From Azospirillaceae bacterium (GTDB lineage: Bacteria > Pseudomonadota > Alphaproteobacteria > Azospirillales > Azospirillaceae), in the NCBI GenBank assembly GCA_031291675.1, contig JARLIO010000084.1:10282-74281 (forward strand): 64,000 nucleotides of DNA. The letters run 5' to 3'. Below the pieces are notes generated by a model. The model saw only the letters and a program-made list of their open reading frames with translations. It was not told the origin of the DNA and ran no database searches. Within the stretch, counting starts at the first letter, position 1. Each line of letters opens with the position of its first letter. Position numbers and translations under genes: made by a program. Below, one piece after another: positions 19,105-28,553 of the stretch.

Positions 19105-19123
19105 GCCGGCGTCGCCGCGCGAT

Positions 19124-19287
19124 CAGCGGTTCTCATTTTGGCTGTCGGACCGCGGGCTGCCGCCCGCACCCGCTCGGGGGGACCCCGAATCCCGCTCTGT
19201 TTTGACAAAAACAAAGGGGTCTGGGGCTTAGCCCCCGTTGGGTTTGGGCGAAAGCCCAACGCTTCGTCGCCAAAATGAGAACCGCTG
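19124..19287 (+). mobile_element. MITE-like repeat, copy 4 (best preserved: perfect 19-bp terminal inverted repeats and a 9-bp target-site duplication)
   Basis: CAGCGGTTCTCATTTTGGC ... GCCAAAATGAGAACCGCTG. Identical 9-mers CCGCGCGAT lie at 19115..19123 and 19288..19296. Confidence 0.9.
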
Positions 19288-19340
19288 CCGCGCGATGCTT
19301 CCTCTGGCCCTGGCGCGCCAATTCTCGTAATGTCCGGTCC

Positions 19341-21206
19341 ATGATGACCCCTTATGACGTGATCGTGGTCGGCGGCGGTCACGCCGGCTGCGAGGCGGCG
19401 GCGGCGGCGGCCCGGATGGGCGCCCGGTCGCTGCTGGTAACCCACAAGATCGAGACCATTGGCGAGATGAGTTGCAATCCCGCGATCGGTGGCCTGGGCA
19501 AAGGCCATCTGGTTCGGGAAATCGACGCCCTGGACGGCGTGATGGCGCGCGTCATTGACCAGGCCGGGATTCAGTTTCGCATGCTGAACCGCAGCAAGGG
19601 GCCGGCGGTGCGGGGGCCGCGGGCCCAGGCCGATCGCAAGCTCTATCGCGCGGCGATGCAGGCGGCCCTGACGGATCAGCCCGGGCTGACGATTCGTGCC
19701 GCGGCGGTCGAGGATCTGATTGTCGAGCGGGGCCGCGTCGCCGGGATCGTCACCGCGAGCGGCGAGGCGATCCGGGCCGGCGCCGTGGTGCTGACCACCG
19801 GGACCTTCCTGAGCGGTTTGATCCATATCGGGGAGCAGCGCGTCGCGGCGGGCCGGGTCGGTGAGCCACCGGCGCTGGCCCTGGCGCAATCGCTGGTGCG
19901 GCTCGGCTTTCCCCTCGGTCGTTTGAAGACCGGAACCCCGCCGCGTCTCGACGGACGGACGATCGACTGGTCCGGGTTGGAGCGCCAGGCCGGGGACGAG
20001 CCGCCGCCACCTTTCTCCTACCTGACCTCGGCGATCACGACGCCGCAGGTTGCCTGCCATTTGACCTGGACCACGCCCGCCGCCCATGCGGTGATCCGGG
20101 AAAACCTGCACCGCGCGCCGCTCTATTCCGGGCAGATCGCCGGGATTGGGCCCCGCTATTGCCCGTCGATCGAGGACAAGGTGGTGCGCTTTGCCGACAA
20201 GACGCGCCATCAGATCTTTCTCGAGCCCGAGGGGCTCGATGACGACACCATCTATCCCAACGGCATCTCGACCTCGCTGCCCCATGATGTTCAGCTGGCG
20301 CTGATCAAGGAAATTCCCGGACTGGAGCATTGCGTCGTGCTGCGTCCCGGCTACGCGATCGAATATGACTTCGTTGATCCGCGGGAATTGAAGCCAAACC
20401 TGGAAACGCGGCGTGTCCCGGGATTGTTTTTGGCCGGGCAGATCAATGGCACCACCGGCTATGAGGAGGCTGCGGCTCAAGGGCTGATGGCCGGGATCAA
20501 CGCCGCCCGCGCGGTCGGCGGCGGGGCGGATTTCATCCTGGACCGGGCCAACGCCTATATCGGGGTCATGATCGATGATCTGATCACGCAGGGAACGGCC
20601 GAGCCCTATCGGATGTTCACCTCGCGGGCGGAATACCGCCTGGTGTTGCGCGCCGACAATGCCGATCAGCGCCTGACCGCGGCGGGCGTCGCGGTTGGTT
20701 GCGTCGGCTCGGTGCGGGCGGCGCGGTTTGGCGCCAAGGCGTCAGCGCTGGATGCGGCGCGGCGTTTGGTGCGCGAGCTTCAGGCCTCACCCAACGAGTG
20801 GGGTCGCGGCGGCTTTGTCGTCAATCAGGACGGGGTTCGCCGCAGCGCGGCGGACATGCTGCGCTATCCGGAGGTTACGGTGGCGCGGATGGCGGAATTG
20901 TGGCCGGCCCTGGCCGGGATGGCGCCGGAGGTCGTCGAACAGATTGAGATCGAGGGGCGCTATGCCGGCTATCTCGATCGCCAGGATGCCGACATCCGGG
21001 CGTTTCGCAAGGATGAGGCGCTGGCGCTGCCGGACGATCTCGATATCGAGGGCATCGGCAGTCTGTCGGTGGAGGTCCGGCAAAAGCTGCGTCAGGTTCG
21101 GCCCGCGACGTTGGGGGCCGCGGCGCGGATCCCCGGGGTGACGCCAGCGGCGGTGATCGCCTTGCTGCGCCACGTCAAGCGCCGTGATGTCGGGCAGGCG
21201 GGGTAA
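19341..21206 (+). CDS. mnmG: tRNA uridine 5-carboxymethylaminomethyl modification enzyme MnmG (GidA)
   Basis: [16 protein letters not shown]...MSCNPAIGG are typical of GidA. ATG at 19341. Confidence 0.95.
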   Translation: MMTPYDVIVVGGGHAGCEAAAAAARMGARSLLVTHKIETIGEMSCNPAIGGLGKGHLVREIDALDGVMARVIDQAGIQFRMLNRSKGPAVRGPRAQADRKLYRAAMQAALTDQPGLTIRAAAVEDLIVERGRVAGIVTASGEAIRAGAVVLTTGTFLSGLIHIGEQRVAAGRVGEPPALALAQSLVRLGFPLGRLKTGTPPRLDGRTIDWSGLERQAGDEPPPPFSYLTSAITTPQVACHLTWTTPAAHAVIRENLHRAPLYSGQIAGIGPRYCPSIEDKVVRFADKTRHQIFLEPEGLDDDTIYPNGISTSLPHDVQLALIKEIPGLEHCVVLRPGYAIEYDFVDPRELKPNLETRRVPGLFLAGQINGTTGYEEAAAQGLMAGINAARAVGGGADFILDRANAYIGVMIDDLITQGTAEPYRMFTSRAEYRLVLRADNADQRLTAAGVAVGCVGSVRAARFGAKASALDAARRLVRELQASPNEWGRGGFVVNQDGVRRSAADMLRYPEVTVARMAELWPALAGMAPEVVEQIEIEGRYAGYLDRQDADIRAFRKDEALALPDDLDIEGIGSLSVEVRQKLRQVRPATLGAAARIPGVTPAAVIALLRHVKRRDVGQAG

Positions 21207-21212
21207 AGGGCG

Positions 21213-21845
21213 ATGTCTGACGATCTGGCGTCCACGGCCTTCGGCCTGGACGATTTCGTGGCGGCGACGGCTGTTTCACGTGAAACACGCGCGCGTCTGG
21301 AGACCTACGCCACCCTGCTGCGGCAGTGGCAATCCCGGGTCAATCTGATCGGCCCGGCGACCTATCCGGACCTGTGGCGGCGTCATTTTCTCGATTCGGC
21401 CCAACTGCTGCCGTTGCTGCCCGAGACACCGGACGGTGTCGCCGATCTGGGCGCCGGCGCCGGCTTTCCCGGATTGGTCCTGGCGATCATGGGGGTGGCC
21501 AAGGTGCACCTGATCGAGAGCGACGGTCGCAAGGTGGCGTTCCTGCGCGAGGTGGCGCGAATCACCGAGACGCCGGTCACGATCCATTACAAGCGCATCG
21601 AGGCCATTTCTGACTTGGCAGTCTCGGTGGTGACCGCGCGGGCCCTGGCGCCACTGACCCGATTGCTGCCCTGGGCGGTCGGATTGCTGGCGCCGGGGGG
21701 TCAATGTCTGTTCCTGAAGGGTCGCCAGGGGGAAGAGGAATTGACCGCGGCGCACAAAGACTGGAATATGCGGATCGATCGACTCCGGAGCCGCTCCGAT
21801 CCCGGCGGCGTGATTTTCCGATTGAGCGAGATATCCCGTGTCTGA
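21213..21845 (+). CDS. rsmG: 16S rRNA (guanine527-N7)-methyltransferase RsmG (GidB)
   Basis: WQSRVNLIG...DLGAGAGFPGLVLAI SAM motif, in the usual position between mnmG and parA. Confidence 0.9.
   Translation: MSDDLASTAFGLDDFVAATAVSRETRARLETYATLLRQWQSRVNLIGPATYPDLWRRHFLDSAQLLPLLPETPDGVADLGAGAGFPGLVLAIMGVAKVHLIESDGRKVAFLREVARITETPVTIHYKRIEAISDLAVSVVTARALAPLTRLLPWAVGLLAPGGQCLFLKGRQGEEELTAAHKDWNMRIDRLRSRSDPGGVIFRLSEISRV
21272..21287. promoter_or_regulatory. parS: parS centromere-like site (TGTTTCACGTGAAACA) inside the rsmG coding sequence
   Basis: Perfect 16-bp consensus, read as ...AVSRET... in rsmG. Confidence 0.85.
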
Positions 21846-22671
21846 TTTGGCCGCAGAGCCCGTATTGACCAAGGCCGCCCCGGCGGTCGACCACGCCCAT
21901 GTGGTGTCGATTGCCAACCAGAAGGGTGGTGTCGGCAAGACCACGACCGCTGTCAACCTCGCCACCGCGATGGCGGCCGCCGGCCGTCAGGTGCTGATCC
22001 TCGACATGGATCCCCAGGGCAATGCCTCCACCGGTCTTGGCATTCCGCGCAACGAGCGGGGTCTGGGGACCTACGATGTCCTGTTCAATGACACGCAGCT
22101 CGAGGATGTCGCGATCGAGACCGCGATCCCCAACCTGTCGATTGTCACGGCGACGGTTGATCTGTCCGGCGCCGAAATCGAGCTGGTGACCGCGGAACGC
22201 CGCGAGTTCCGGTTGCGCGATGCCATTCGCGACAGCCGGTTGACCTACGACTATGTCCTGATCGACTGCCCGCCGGCCCTTGGCTTGCTGACCTTGAATG
22301 CTCTGGTCGCCGCGCACGAGGTTCTGGTGCCGTTGCAGTGTGAGTTCTATGCCCTGGAAGGGTTGAGCCATCTGATCCGGACCATCGAACGGGTCAAGAA
22401 GGCTTTCAACCCGACGCTGGACATCCAGGGCGTTCTGTTGACGATGTTCGACAAGCGCAACAATCTGTCGGAAATGGTCGCCGCCGACGTCCGCAGCTAT
22501 TTCGGGGACAAGGTTTTTCAGACCGTGATCCCGCGGAATGTCCGGATCTCCGAGGCCCCGTCGCATGGCAAGCCGGTGCTGCTCTATGACCTGCGCTGTG
22601 CCGGGTCCCAGGCCTATGTCGATCTGGCCCGCGAAGTTCTGAAGCGTGAAACGAAAAGGTTGATTGCTTGA
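21838..22671 (+). CDS. parA: chromosome partitioning ATPase ParA
   Basis: VVSIANQKGGVGKTTTAVNLA is a deviant Walker A. GTG start overlaps the rsmG stop. Confidence 0.95.
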   Translation: MSDLAAEPVLTKAAPAVDHAHVVSIANQKGGVGKTTTAVNLATAMAAAGRQVLILDMDPQGNASTGLGIPRNERGLGTYDVLFNDTQLEDVAIETAIPNLSIVTATVDLSGAEIELVTAERREFRLRDAIRDSRLTYDYVLIDCPPALGLLTLNALVAAHEVLVPLQCEFYALEGLSHLIRTIERVKKAFNPTLDIQGVLLTMFDKRNNLSEMVAADVRSYFGDKVFQTVIPRNVRISEAPSHGKPVLLYDLRCAGSQAYVDLAREVLKRETKRLIA

Positions 22672-23555
22672 GCGAAGACAGCAAACGGCGCCCCAGCCTC
22701 GGTCGTGGCCTGAGCGCCCTGTTCGGTGAAGCTGAAATTGCCGAGCGTCGGGACAATGAGCCTCATTCGGCGGAGGCGGCGCGGCCGCCGCGGCTGATCC
22801 CGATCGAATTCATCCAGCCGGGCCGGTTTCAGCCGCGGCGCAAATTTGATGCCGAGGCGATCCAGGGTCTTGCCGACTCGATCAAGGAACGCGGCCTGCT
22901 GCAACCGCTTCTGGTGCGCCGCCTTCCCGGGCAGGCCGACCGCTATGAGGTGATTGCCGGGGAACGCCGTTGGCGCGCCGCTCAGATCGCCGGCCTTCAC
23001 GAGCTCCCGGTCATCCTGCGCGATCTCACCGACCGCGAGGCGCTGGAGATTGCGCTGGTCGAAAATGTCCAGCGCGAGGACCTGACCGCGCTGGAGGAGG
23101 CCGAGGGCTATCAACGCCTGATCAATGAATTCGGCCACACCCAGGAGGCGTTGGCCAAGGCGCTGGGCAAGAGCCGCAGCCACGTCGCCAACACCTTGCG
23201 GCTGTTGAGCCTGCCCGATCCGTTGCGCACTCTGCTCGATCAAGGCAGTCTGACCGCGGGCCACGCCCGGGCCTTGCTGACCGCGGAGGATCCCGTTGGT
23301 CTGGCCAATGAGGTGGTCAAGCGGGGCCTCAATGTGCGCCAGACCGAGCAGTTGGCCCGCACCGCCGCCAGCGGACGGCCGCCCCGACCCCCGGCACCGC
23401 CCAAGGACGCCGATACCATCGCCCTGGAAGCCGATCTGTCGGCGCGACTGGGGCTCAAGGTTTCGATCGCCGCGCAGGGCGAGGGTGGAACGGTCAGTAT
23501 CCGCTATCTGACTCTCGACCAGTTGGACGAGGTGATCCACCGTTTGCAGGGGTGA
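22668..23555 (+). CDS. parB: chromosome partitioning protein ParB
   Basis: QPRRKFDAEAIQGLADSIKERGLLQPLLVRR...GERRWRAAQIAGL is the ParB box. TTG start overlaps the parA stop. Confidence 0.95.
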   Translation: MSEDSKRRPSLGRGLSALFGEAEIAERRDNEPHSAEAARPPRLIPIEFIQPGRFQPRRKFDAEAIQGLADSIKERGLLQPLLVRRLPGQADRYEVIAGERRWRAAQIAGLHELPVILRDLTDREALEIALVENVQREDLTALEEAEGYQRLINEFGHTQEALAKALGKSRSHVANTLRLLSLPDPLRTLLDQGSLTAGHARALLTAEDPVGLANEVVKRGLNVRQTEQLARTAASGRPPRPPAPPKDADTIALEADLSARLGLKVSIAAQGEGGTVSIRYLTLDQLDEVIHRLQG

Positions 23556-23625
23556 GCGGGATCTCCGGCACAAAGACGCAGGGCGCTGCCCTGCACCCGC
23601 CCGGGACTCGCCCCTGGACCCTCTT

Positions 23626-24672
23626 TTATCGTGTTCGCCGGCTGCGGGCCAGGGCCGCGATCTGAAACAGCGTCCGCGCGGCAATCGTCTCGTCGGGCAT
23701 GTGGGTGCGCTTGCAGGCCGCTTCGGCCTCGACCAGACGATCCATCGCCGCGCGCAACGCCCGCGGCGGCCAGCGGCGCAGCTGGGCGGCAAACCGGGTC
23801 TTCTGCTTGAAGAACAAGGGCGGTTTCAGGGCGGCCAGTGCCTTTTCCTCGGATTCACCCTGTTCGATCAGACCCGCCGCCAGATGCAGACGCTGCAGAT
23901 GGCGTTGCGCGCTGCGCAGGATCGGCACCGGGCTGATGCCTTCAGCGAACAGGCGCCCCAGCGAGCGGTCAAGCGCCAGGGAATCACCATCGGCCGCGGC
24001 CAGACCCGGCTCATCCATTTCCAGCGCGCCGCTGTCGCCGATGCAGGCCCTGACGTCGGCCAGATCAACCTGCCGCCGCGTCGTGGCATCCGCCCCGAGA
24101 TAGAGCGCGAGCTTGGCGATTTCACCGCGGGCAACCATGCGGTCACCGACCAGATTCTCGGCGAGAAAGGTCTGGGCGTCGGGCGTTGCGCCCAGGTTCT
24201 GCTGCGCCAGAAGATCGCCGATGATCCGGGCCAGACCGGCTTCGTCCTCGGTGTAGCAGGGCAGGGCGGCGGCCAGCTCGGCATTCTCGAACGCGCTGCG
24301 CAGCTTTGAGGTTTTGCCGAGCGATCCGGCTTCGACGACCAGCAGGGTATCGCCACCGGGCATCGCCGCGAACAACGCGGTACACAGCGCCGCCAGCTTG
24401 TCATCGGCATCGCGGACCCGAACCAGACGACGGCCCCCCAGCATCGCCAGTGCCGCCATCTCATCGCTGAGTCGGGCCGGGTCCGCGACCAGGGCGGCGC
24501 CGATGACGTCGGTGACCCGGAACGGATCCTTGAGATCGGGAACGGCGCTTGCCGCCACCTGATCGGCCCGTTCGCGGATCAGTCCGCCATCCTCACCATA
24601 GACCAGCACCGCCCGGACCTTGGGGTCTGGACGGCGCAGGAACGACTCGATGGCTTTCCCGGCAAGTTTCAT
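23626..24672 (-). CDS. holA: DNA polymerase III delta subunit
   Basis: 348-aa ORF immediately downstream of leuS, the usual leuS-(lptE)-holA position. N-terminus VLVYGEDGGLIRERADQV is typical of HolA. Confidence 0.8.
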   Translation of the reverse strand: MKLAGKAIESFLRRPDPKVRAVLVYGEDGGLIRERADQVAASAVPDLKDPFRVTDVIGAALVADPARLSDEMAALAMLGGRRLVRVRDADDKLAALCTALFAAMPGGDTLLVVEAGSLGKTSKLRSAFENAELAAALPCYTEDEAGLARIIGDLLAQQNLGATPDAQTFLAENLVGDRMVARGEIAKLALYLGADATTRRQVDLADVRACIGDSGALEMDEPGLAAADGDSLALDRSLGRLFAEGISPVPILRSAQRHLQRLHLAAGLIEQGESEEKALAALKPPLFFKQKTRFAAQLRRWPPRALRAAMDRLVEAEAACKRTHMPDETIAARTLFQIAALARSRRTR

Positions 24673-24729
24673 CGCTCTCGTGTCCTTCTCCGGAGGCCCG
24701 GCCCGCGGGCTTTCCGGCCTCGGCTTGGC

Positions 24730-27315
24730 TCACCCGACCACGATATTGATGATCCGGTCGGGGACGACGATGAGCTTGCGCACGGTCTTGCCCTCTATCG
24801 CCCGGATCACGGCGACGTCGGCCATCGCGATTGTTTCCGCGGTTTTAGCGTCGGCGCCTTTGGGCAGGGCCACCGTCGCGCGCAGCTTGCCATTGACCTG
24901 GACGGCGACAGTGACGGTATCGTCGACGACCAGGGCGGCGTCGGCAACGGGCCATGCCTGTTCGGCGACGAGACGCGTGTGACCGAGTTGCTGCCACAAC
25001 TCCTCGGCAAGATGCGGCATCATGGGGCCGATCATCAGCACCACGGCCTCATAGCCTTCGCGCAGCACCCAGTCCTCGCCGTCGCCGGTGCCCGGCAGTT
25101 CCCCCAACAGATTGGTGAGTTCGCGCAACCGCGCCACCGCCTTGTTGAAGCGGAAACCCTGAAGATCGTCGCTGACCGCCGCGATCGTCTTGTGGATCGC
25201 CCGCCGCGCGGCACTGGCCGCGGCCGAGAAGGAAGCTGGTTGTGGCGATCCTGCGGGTGGCAGGGCCACCGCCGGTTCACTGACCATGCGCCACAACCGG
25301 TTGACATAACGCCAGGAGCCGTCGATCCCCGATTCGGTCCATTCCAGGTCGCGTTCAGGAGGACTGTCCGACAACATAAACAACCGGGCAGTATCGGCGC
25401 CATAGGTATCGATGATCAATGCGGGATCGACGACGTTCTTTTTCGACTTGCTCATCTTTTCGAGTCGACCCACGGTCACCGGCCGGCCATCGTCGAGGCT
25501 GACCAGATCTCCGGCTTCGGTTCGGTTGACCTGGCTGGGGAACATCCATTTGCCGTCGGCATCGCGGAAGGTCTCGTGGGTCACCATGCCCTGGGTCATC
25601 AGCCCCGCGAAGGGTTCGTCGATATCCAGATAACCGCAACGCTTCAAGGCGCGGATGAAGAAGCGCGAATAGAGCAGATGCAGGACCGCATGCTCGATCC
25701 CGCCGATATATTGGTCGACCGGAAGCCAATAGTCCGCGGCTTCGGGCGTGAAACCGACGGTCTCGGCGTGGGGCGAGGCAAAGCGCGCGAAGTACCACGA
25801 GCTTTCGAAGAAGGTGTCGAACGTGTCGGTTTCCCGGCGCGCCGGGCGGCCGCAAGTCGGGCAGGCGACGTGCTTCCAGGTCGGATGATGGTCCAGGGGG
25901 TTGCCGGGCTTGTCGAAGCTGACATCCTCGGGCAGCCGGACCGGAAGATCGGCGGCGGGCACGGCAACGACGCCGCAATGATCGCAATGGATCACCGGGA
26001 TCGGGCAGCCCCAATAGCGCTGGCGCGAGACGCCCCAGTCGCGCAACCGATAAACGGTTGTGCCCTGGCCGCGGCCCGTTGCCACCAGCCGGTCGACAGC
26101 GGCCTGTTTGGCGGCCTCAACCTCGAGTCCATTGAGGAATTCCGAGGCGTACAGGCGGCCGGGACCGGTATAGGCCTCGGTCCCGACGGTGAATTCGACC
26201 GGGTCGGTATTGTCCGGAACCACGACCGGAACCACCGGCAGATCATATTTGCGGGCGAAATCGAGATCGCGCTGATCATGGGCCGGGCAGCCGAAAATCG
26301 CCCCGGTGCCATATTCCATCAGGACGAAATTGGCGACATAGACCGGCAGCGTCCGATCCGCATCGAACGGATGACGCGCCTTCAGGCCGGTATCGAAGCC
26401 TTTCTTCTCCGCGGTCTCGATCGCCGCTTCGCTGGTTCCGATGCGGTTGCAGTCGGCGATGAACGCGGCCAGGTCGGGGTGGTTGGCGGCCAGGCCCGCG
26501 GCCAGCGGGTGATGGGCGGACACCGCAACGAACGATGCGCCGAACAGCGTGTCGGGCCGGGTGGTGAAGATCTCCAGCGGTTCGGGTTTTGCCGTGCCAG
26601 CCACGTCCACGAAATCAAAGAAGACTCGGGCACCGACCGAACGGCCGATCCAGTTTTCCTGCATCAGGCGGACGCGCTGCGGCCAGTTTTCCAGCGTCGC
26701 CAACGCCGCCAGCAGCGGTTCCCGGAATTCGGTGATGCGCAGGAACCACTGCCACAGCTTGCGCTTTTCGACCAGGGCACCGGACCGCCAGCCCCGGCCG
26801 TCGATGACCTGTTCATTCGCCAGAACCGTGTTCTCGACCGGATCCCAGTTGACCCAGCTTTCCTTGCGGTAGGCCAGGTCCTGGGCCAGGAAATCGAGGA
26901 ACATTTTCTGTTCATGCCGGTAATATTCCGGCTCGCAGGTCGCGACCTCGCGATCCCAGTCATAGGACAGACCCATGCTTTTCAGCTGGGTGCGCATGGC
27001 CGCGATGTTCTCGCGGGTCCATTGCGCCGGAGGGACCTTGTGTTCGATCGCGGCATTTTCCGCCGGCAGGCCAAAGGCATCCCACCCCATCGGGTGGAGC
27101 ACGTTGAAGCCCGCGGCCCGCTTATAACGGGCGACGACATCGCCCAGGGTATAATTGCGGACGTGACCCATATGGATGCGCCCCGACGGGTAGGGGAACA
27201 TCTCCAGCACGTAATATTTCTGCCGGCTGGTGTCTTCGGTGGCGGCGAAGCAGCGACGCTGCTCCCAGACCGCCTGCCATTTGGCTTCGGTTTCCTTGAA
27301 GCTGTAGCGCGACAT
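24730..27315 (-). CDS. leuS: leucine--tRNA ligase
   Basis: [15 protein letters not shown] (HIGH) and KMSKSKKN (KMSKS), 861 aa. Confidence 0.97.
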   Translation of the reverse strand: MSRYSFKETEAKWQAVWEQRRCFAATEDTSRQKYYVLEMFPYPSGRIHMGHVRNYTLGDVVARYKRAAGFNVLHPMGWDAFGLPAENAAIEHKVPPAQWTRENIAAMRTQLKSMGLSYDWDREVATCEPEYYRHEQKMFLDFLAQDLAYRKESWVNWDPVENTVLANEQVIDGRGWRSGALVEKRKLWQWFLRITEFREPLLAALATLENWPQRVRLMQENWIGRSVGARVFFDFVDVAGTAKPEPLEIFTTRPDTLFGASFVAVSAHHPLAAGLAANHPDLAAFIADCNRIGTSEAAIETAEKKGFDTGLKARHPFDADRTLPVYVANFVLMEYGTGAIFGCPAHDQRDLDFARKYDLPVVPVVVPDNTDPVEFTVGTEAYTGPGRLYASEFLNGLEVEAAKQAAVDRLVATGRGQGTTVYRLRDWGVSRQRYWGCPIPVIHCDHCGVVAVPAADLPVRLPEDVSFDKPGNPLDHHPTWKHVACPTCGRPARRETDTFDTFFESSWYFARFASPHAETVGFTPEAADYWLPVDQYIGGIEHAVLHLLYSRFFIRALKRCGYLDIDEPFAGLMTQGMVTHETFRDADGKWMFPSQVNRTEAGDLVSLDDGRPVTVGRLEKMSKSKKNVVDPALIIDTYGADTARLFMLSDSPPERDLEWTESGIDGSWRYVNRLWRMVSEPAVALPPAGSPQPASFSAAASAARRAIHKTIAAVSDDLQGFRFNKAVARLRELTNLLGELPGTGDGEDWVLREGYEAVVLMIGPMMPHLAEELWQQLGHTRLVAEQAWPVADAALVVDDTVTVAVQVNGKLRATVALPKGADAKTAETIAMADVAVIRAIEGKTVRKLIVVPDRIINIVVG

Positions 27316-27475
27316 GGCGCCCTCCGAAAGAAGCGGCGCGCCGTTTGGCGACGGACGCCGCCGGGTGATGGAAACAAGACGGCCCGCAGCGCGGCCGGCG
27401 GGCCGGCGCTGCGGGGGTCTTGTCGAGATCGGGCTTGAGCCGGCCGAACCTTTGTGGTCGACCGGAATGCCGGGC

Positions 27476-28021
27476 TTATGACCCCGGGGTTGCGGTTTGA
27501 CTGACCCGAAGCTGGCGCGCCCGGGTCAGGATCGAATCTTCCAGCTTGGCGGCGGTATCCGGGCTGACCGTGACGTCATGCCAGCCGGAGTTATCCTTTT
27601 CCTGACGGAACACGGAAACCCGCAGGCCATCGGCGCGCAGCTGACGATCGAGGATGTAGATATTGACCTTGAAACGCGCGTTCGGTGTTTCCGGTGCGCT
27701 GTACCAGTCGGTCAAGATCACGCCACCAAACGGATCGGCCGAGGCCACCGGCATGAACGCGATGGTATCGAGGGTCGCGCGCCACAGAAAACTGTTAACG
27801 CCGATCCCGCCATTCTGCTCCGCGTCCTGGCGTTTTTTGGGAGCAAACAGCGTGATCCCTTCGTCACCCGTGAGCGAGCCAAATTTGTAGTCATCCTTGT
27901 TGGTCTGGCTCTTCTCCGCGTCGGAGGCTGAGCCCCATGACGAGCACCCACCGAGTGCGGTCAGGATCAACAGAAGGGCGACTTTAGAGCGACCCATGGT
28001 TCGGCTATTCACATCCAGCAT
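27476..28021 (-). CDS. lipoprotein, probably DUF3576-like
   Basis: Signal peptide with lipobox LTALGGC. ATG at 28021 has GGAG 7 nt upstream, and ATG at 27997 is the alternative. The family call is from memory of similar alphaproteobacterial proteins upstream of leuS. Confidence 0.65.
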   Translation of the reverse strand: MLDVNSRTMGRSKVALLLILTALGGCSSWGSASDAEKSQTNKDDYKFGSLTGDEGITLFAPKKRQDAEQNGGIGVNSFLWRATLDTIAFMPVASADPFGGVILTDWYSAPETPNARFKVNIYILDRQLRADGLRVSVFRQEKDNSGWHDVTVSPDTAAKLEDSILTRARQLRVSQTATPGS

Positions 28022-28553
28022 CCGATACTCCAGGGTGCGGCTGTCGACCGGGTTCCACCCCCTGGCGGCGGTCCGGCGCACCGATTGGCGCGACAAGTGC
28101 CCCTGTCCGCGACGGCCCCCTCTTAGACCAGAACCGGGCCGCGGGCGCAAGCGCTACAGATCGCCGATCAGCTCTTCGCCGCCGATCCGCCGCCGCAAGA
28201 TCAAGATCGGTTGGCGTCGGGCCCCTTCTTGTTGTATCAACCCTGCCGCAATCCGTCAGGCCCGGGGTCGGTGTTCTCAGGTGCTGTTGTCCGGTATCGA
28301 ATGGCGATGGGGTGGTGGTTCAAAAACATCGTCCAGTGGCATTCAATGTCACCCCCGTCGTTAGAGGTCGTTACGGTTAACTTTGCATTGTCATGACATT
28401 CGAGTGACATAAACAATGTTGTGGCTACTCCATCACACCGATCTGCAAAGGCGGCAGAATCACGGTTTTGCCTTGCCATGGCCCGGTCCACGCGATTAGC
28501 ACAGGGCTAGGTTTAACTAAAATGTCGACTTCGTCGCCAATTCGGAGGTTTTT

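Noticed and set aside
23578-23594. GCAGGGC-GCT-GCCCTGC hairpin between parB and holA as a terminator
   Set aside because: Short stem, 3-nt loop and no adjacent U-tract make it too weak to annotate.
17609-23792. Long minus-strand ORFs 17609..18742, 19002..20480, 21577..22566 and 22614..23792
   Set aside because: All are antisense to mnmE, mnmG, parA and parB, which have canonical motifs. The antisense translations have no recognisable features.
24979-27438. 819-aa plus-strand ORF opposite leuS
   Set aside because: Antisense to an unambiguous leucyl-tRNA synthetase, and the sequence is low-complexity and Arg/Gly-rich.
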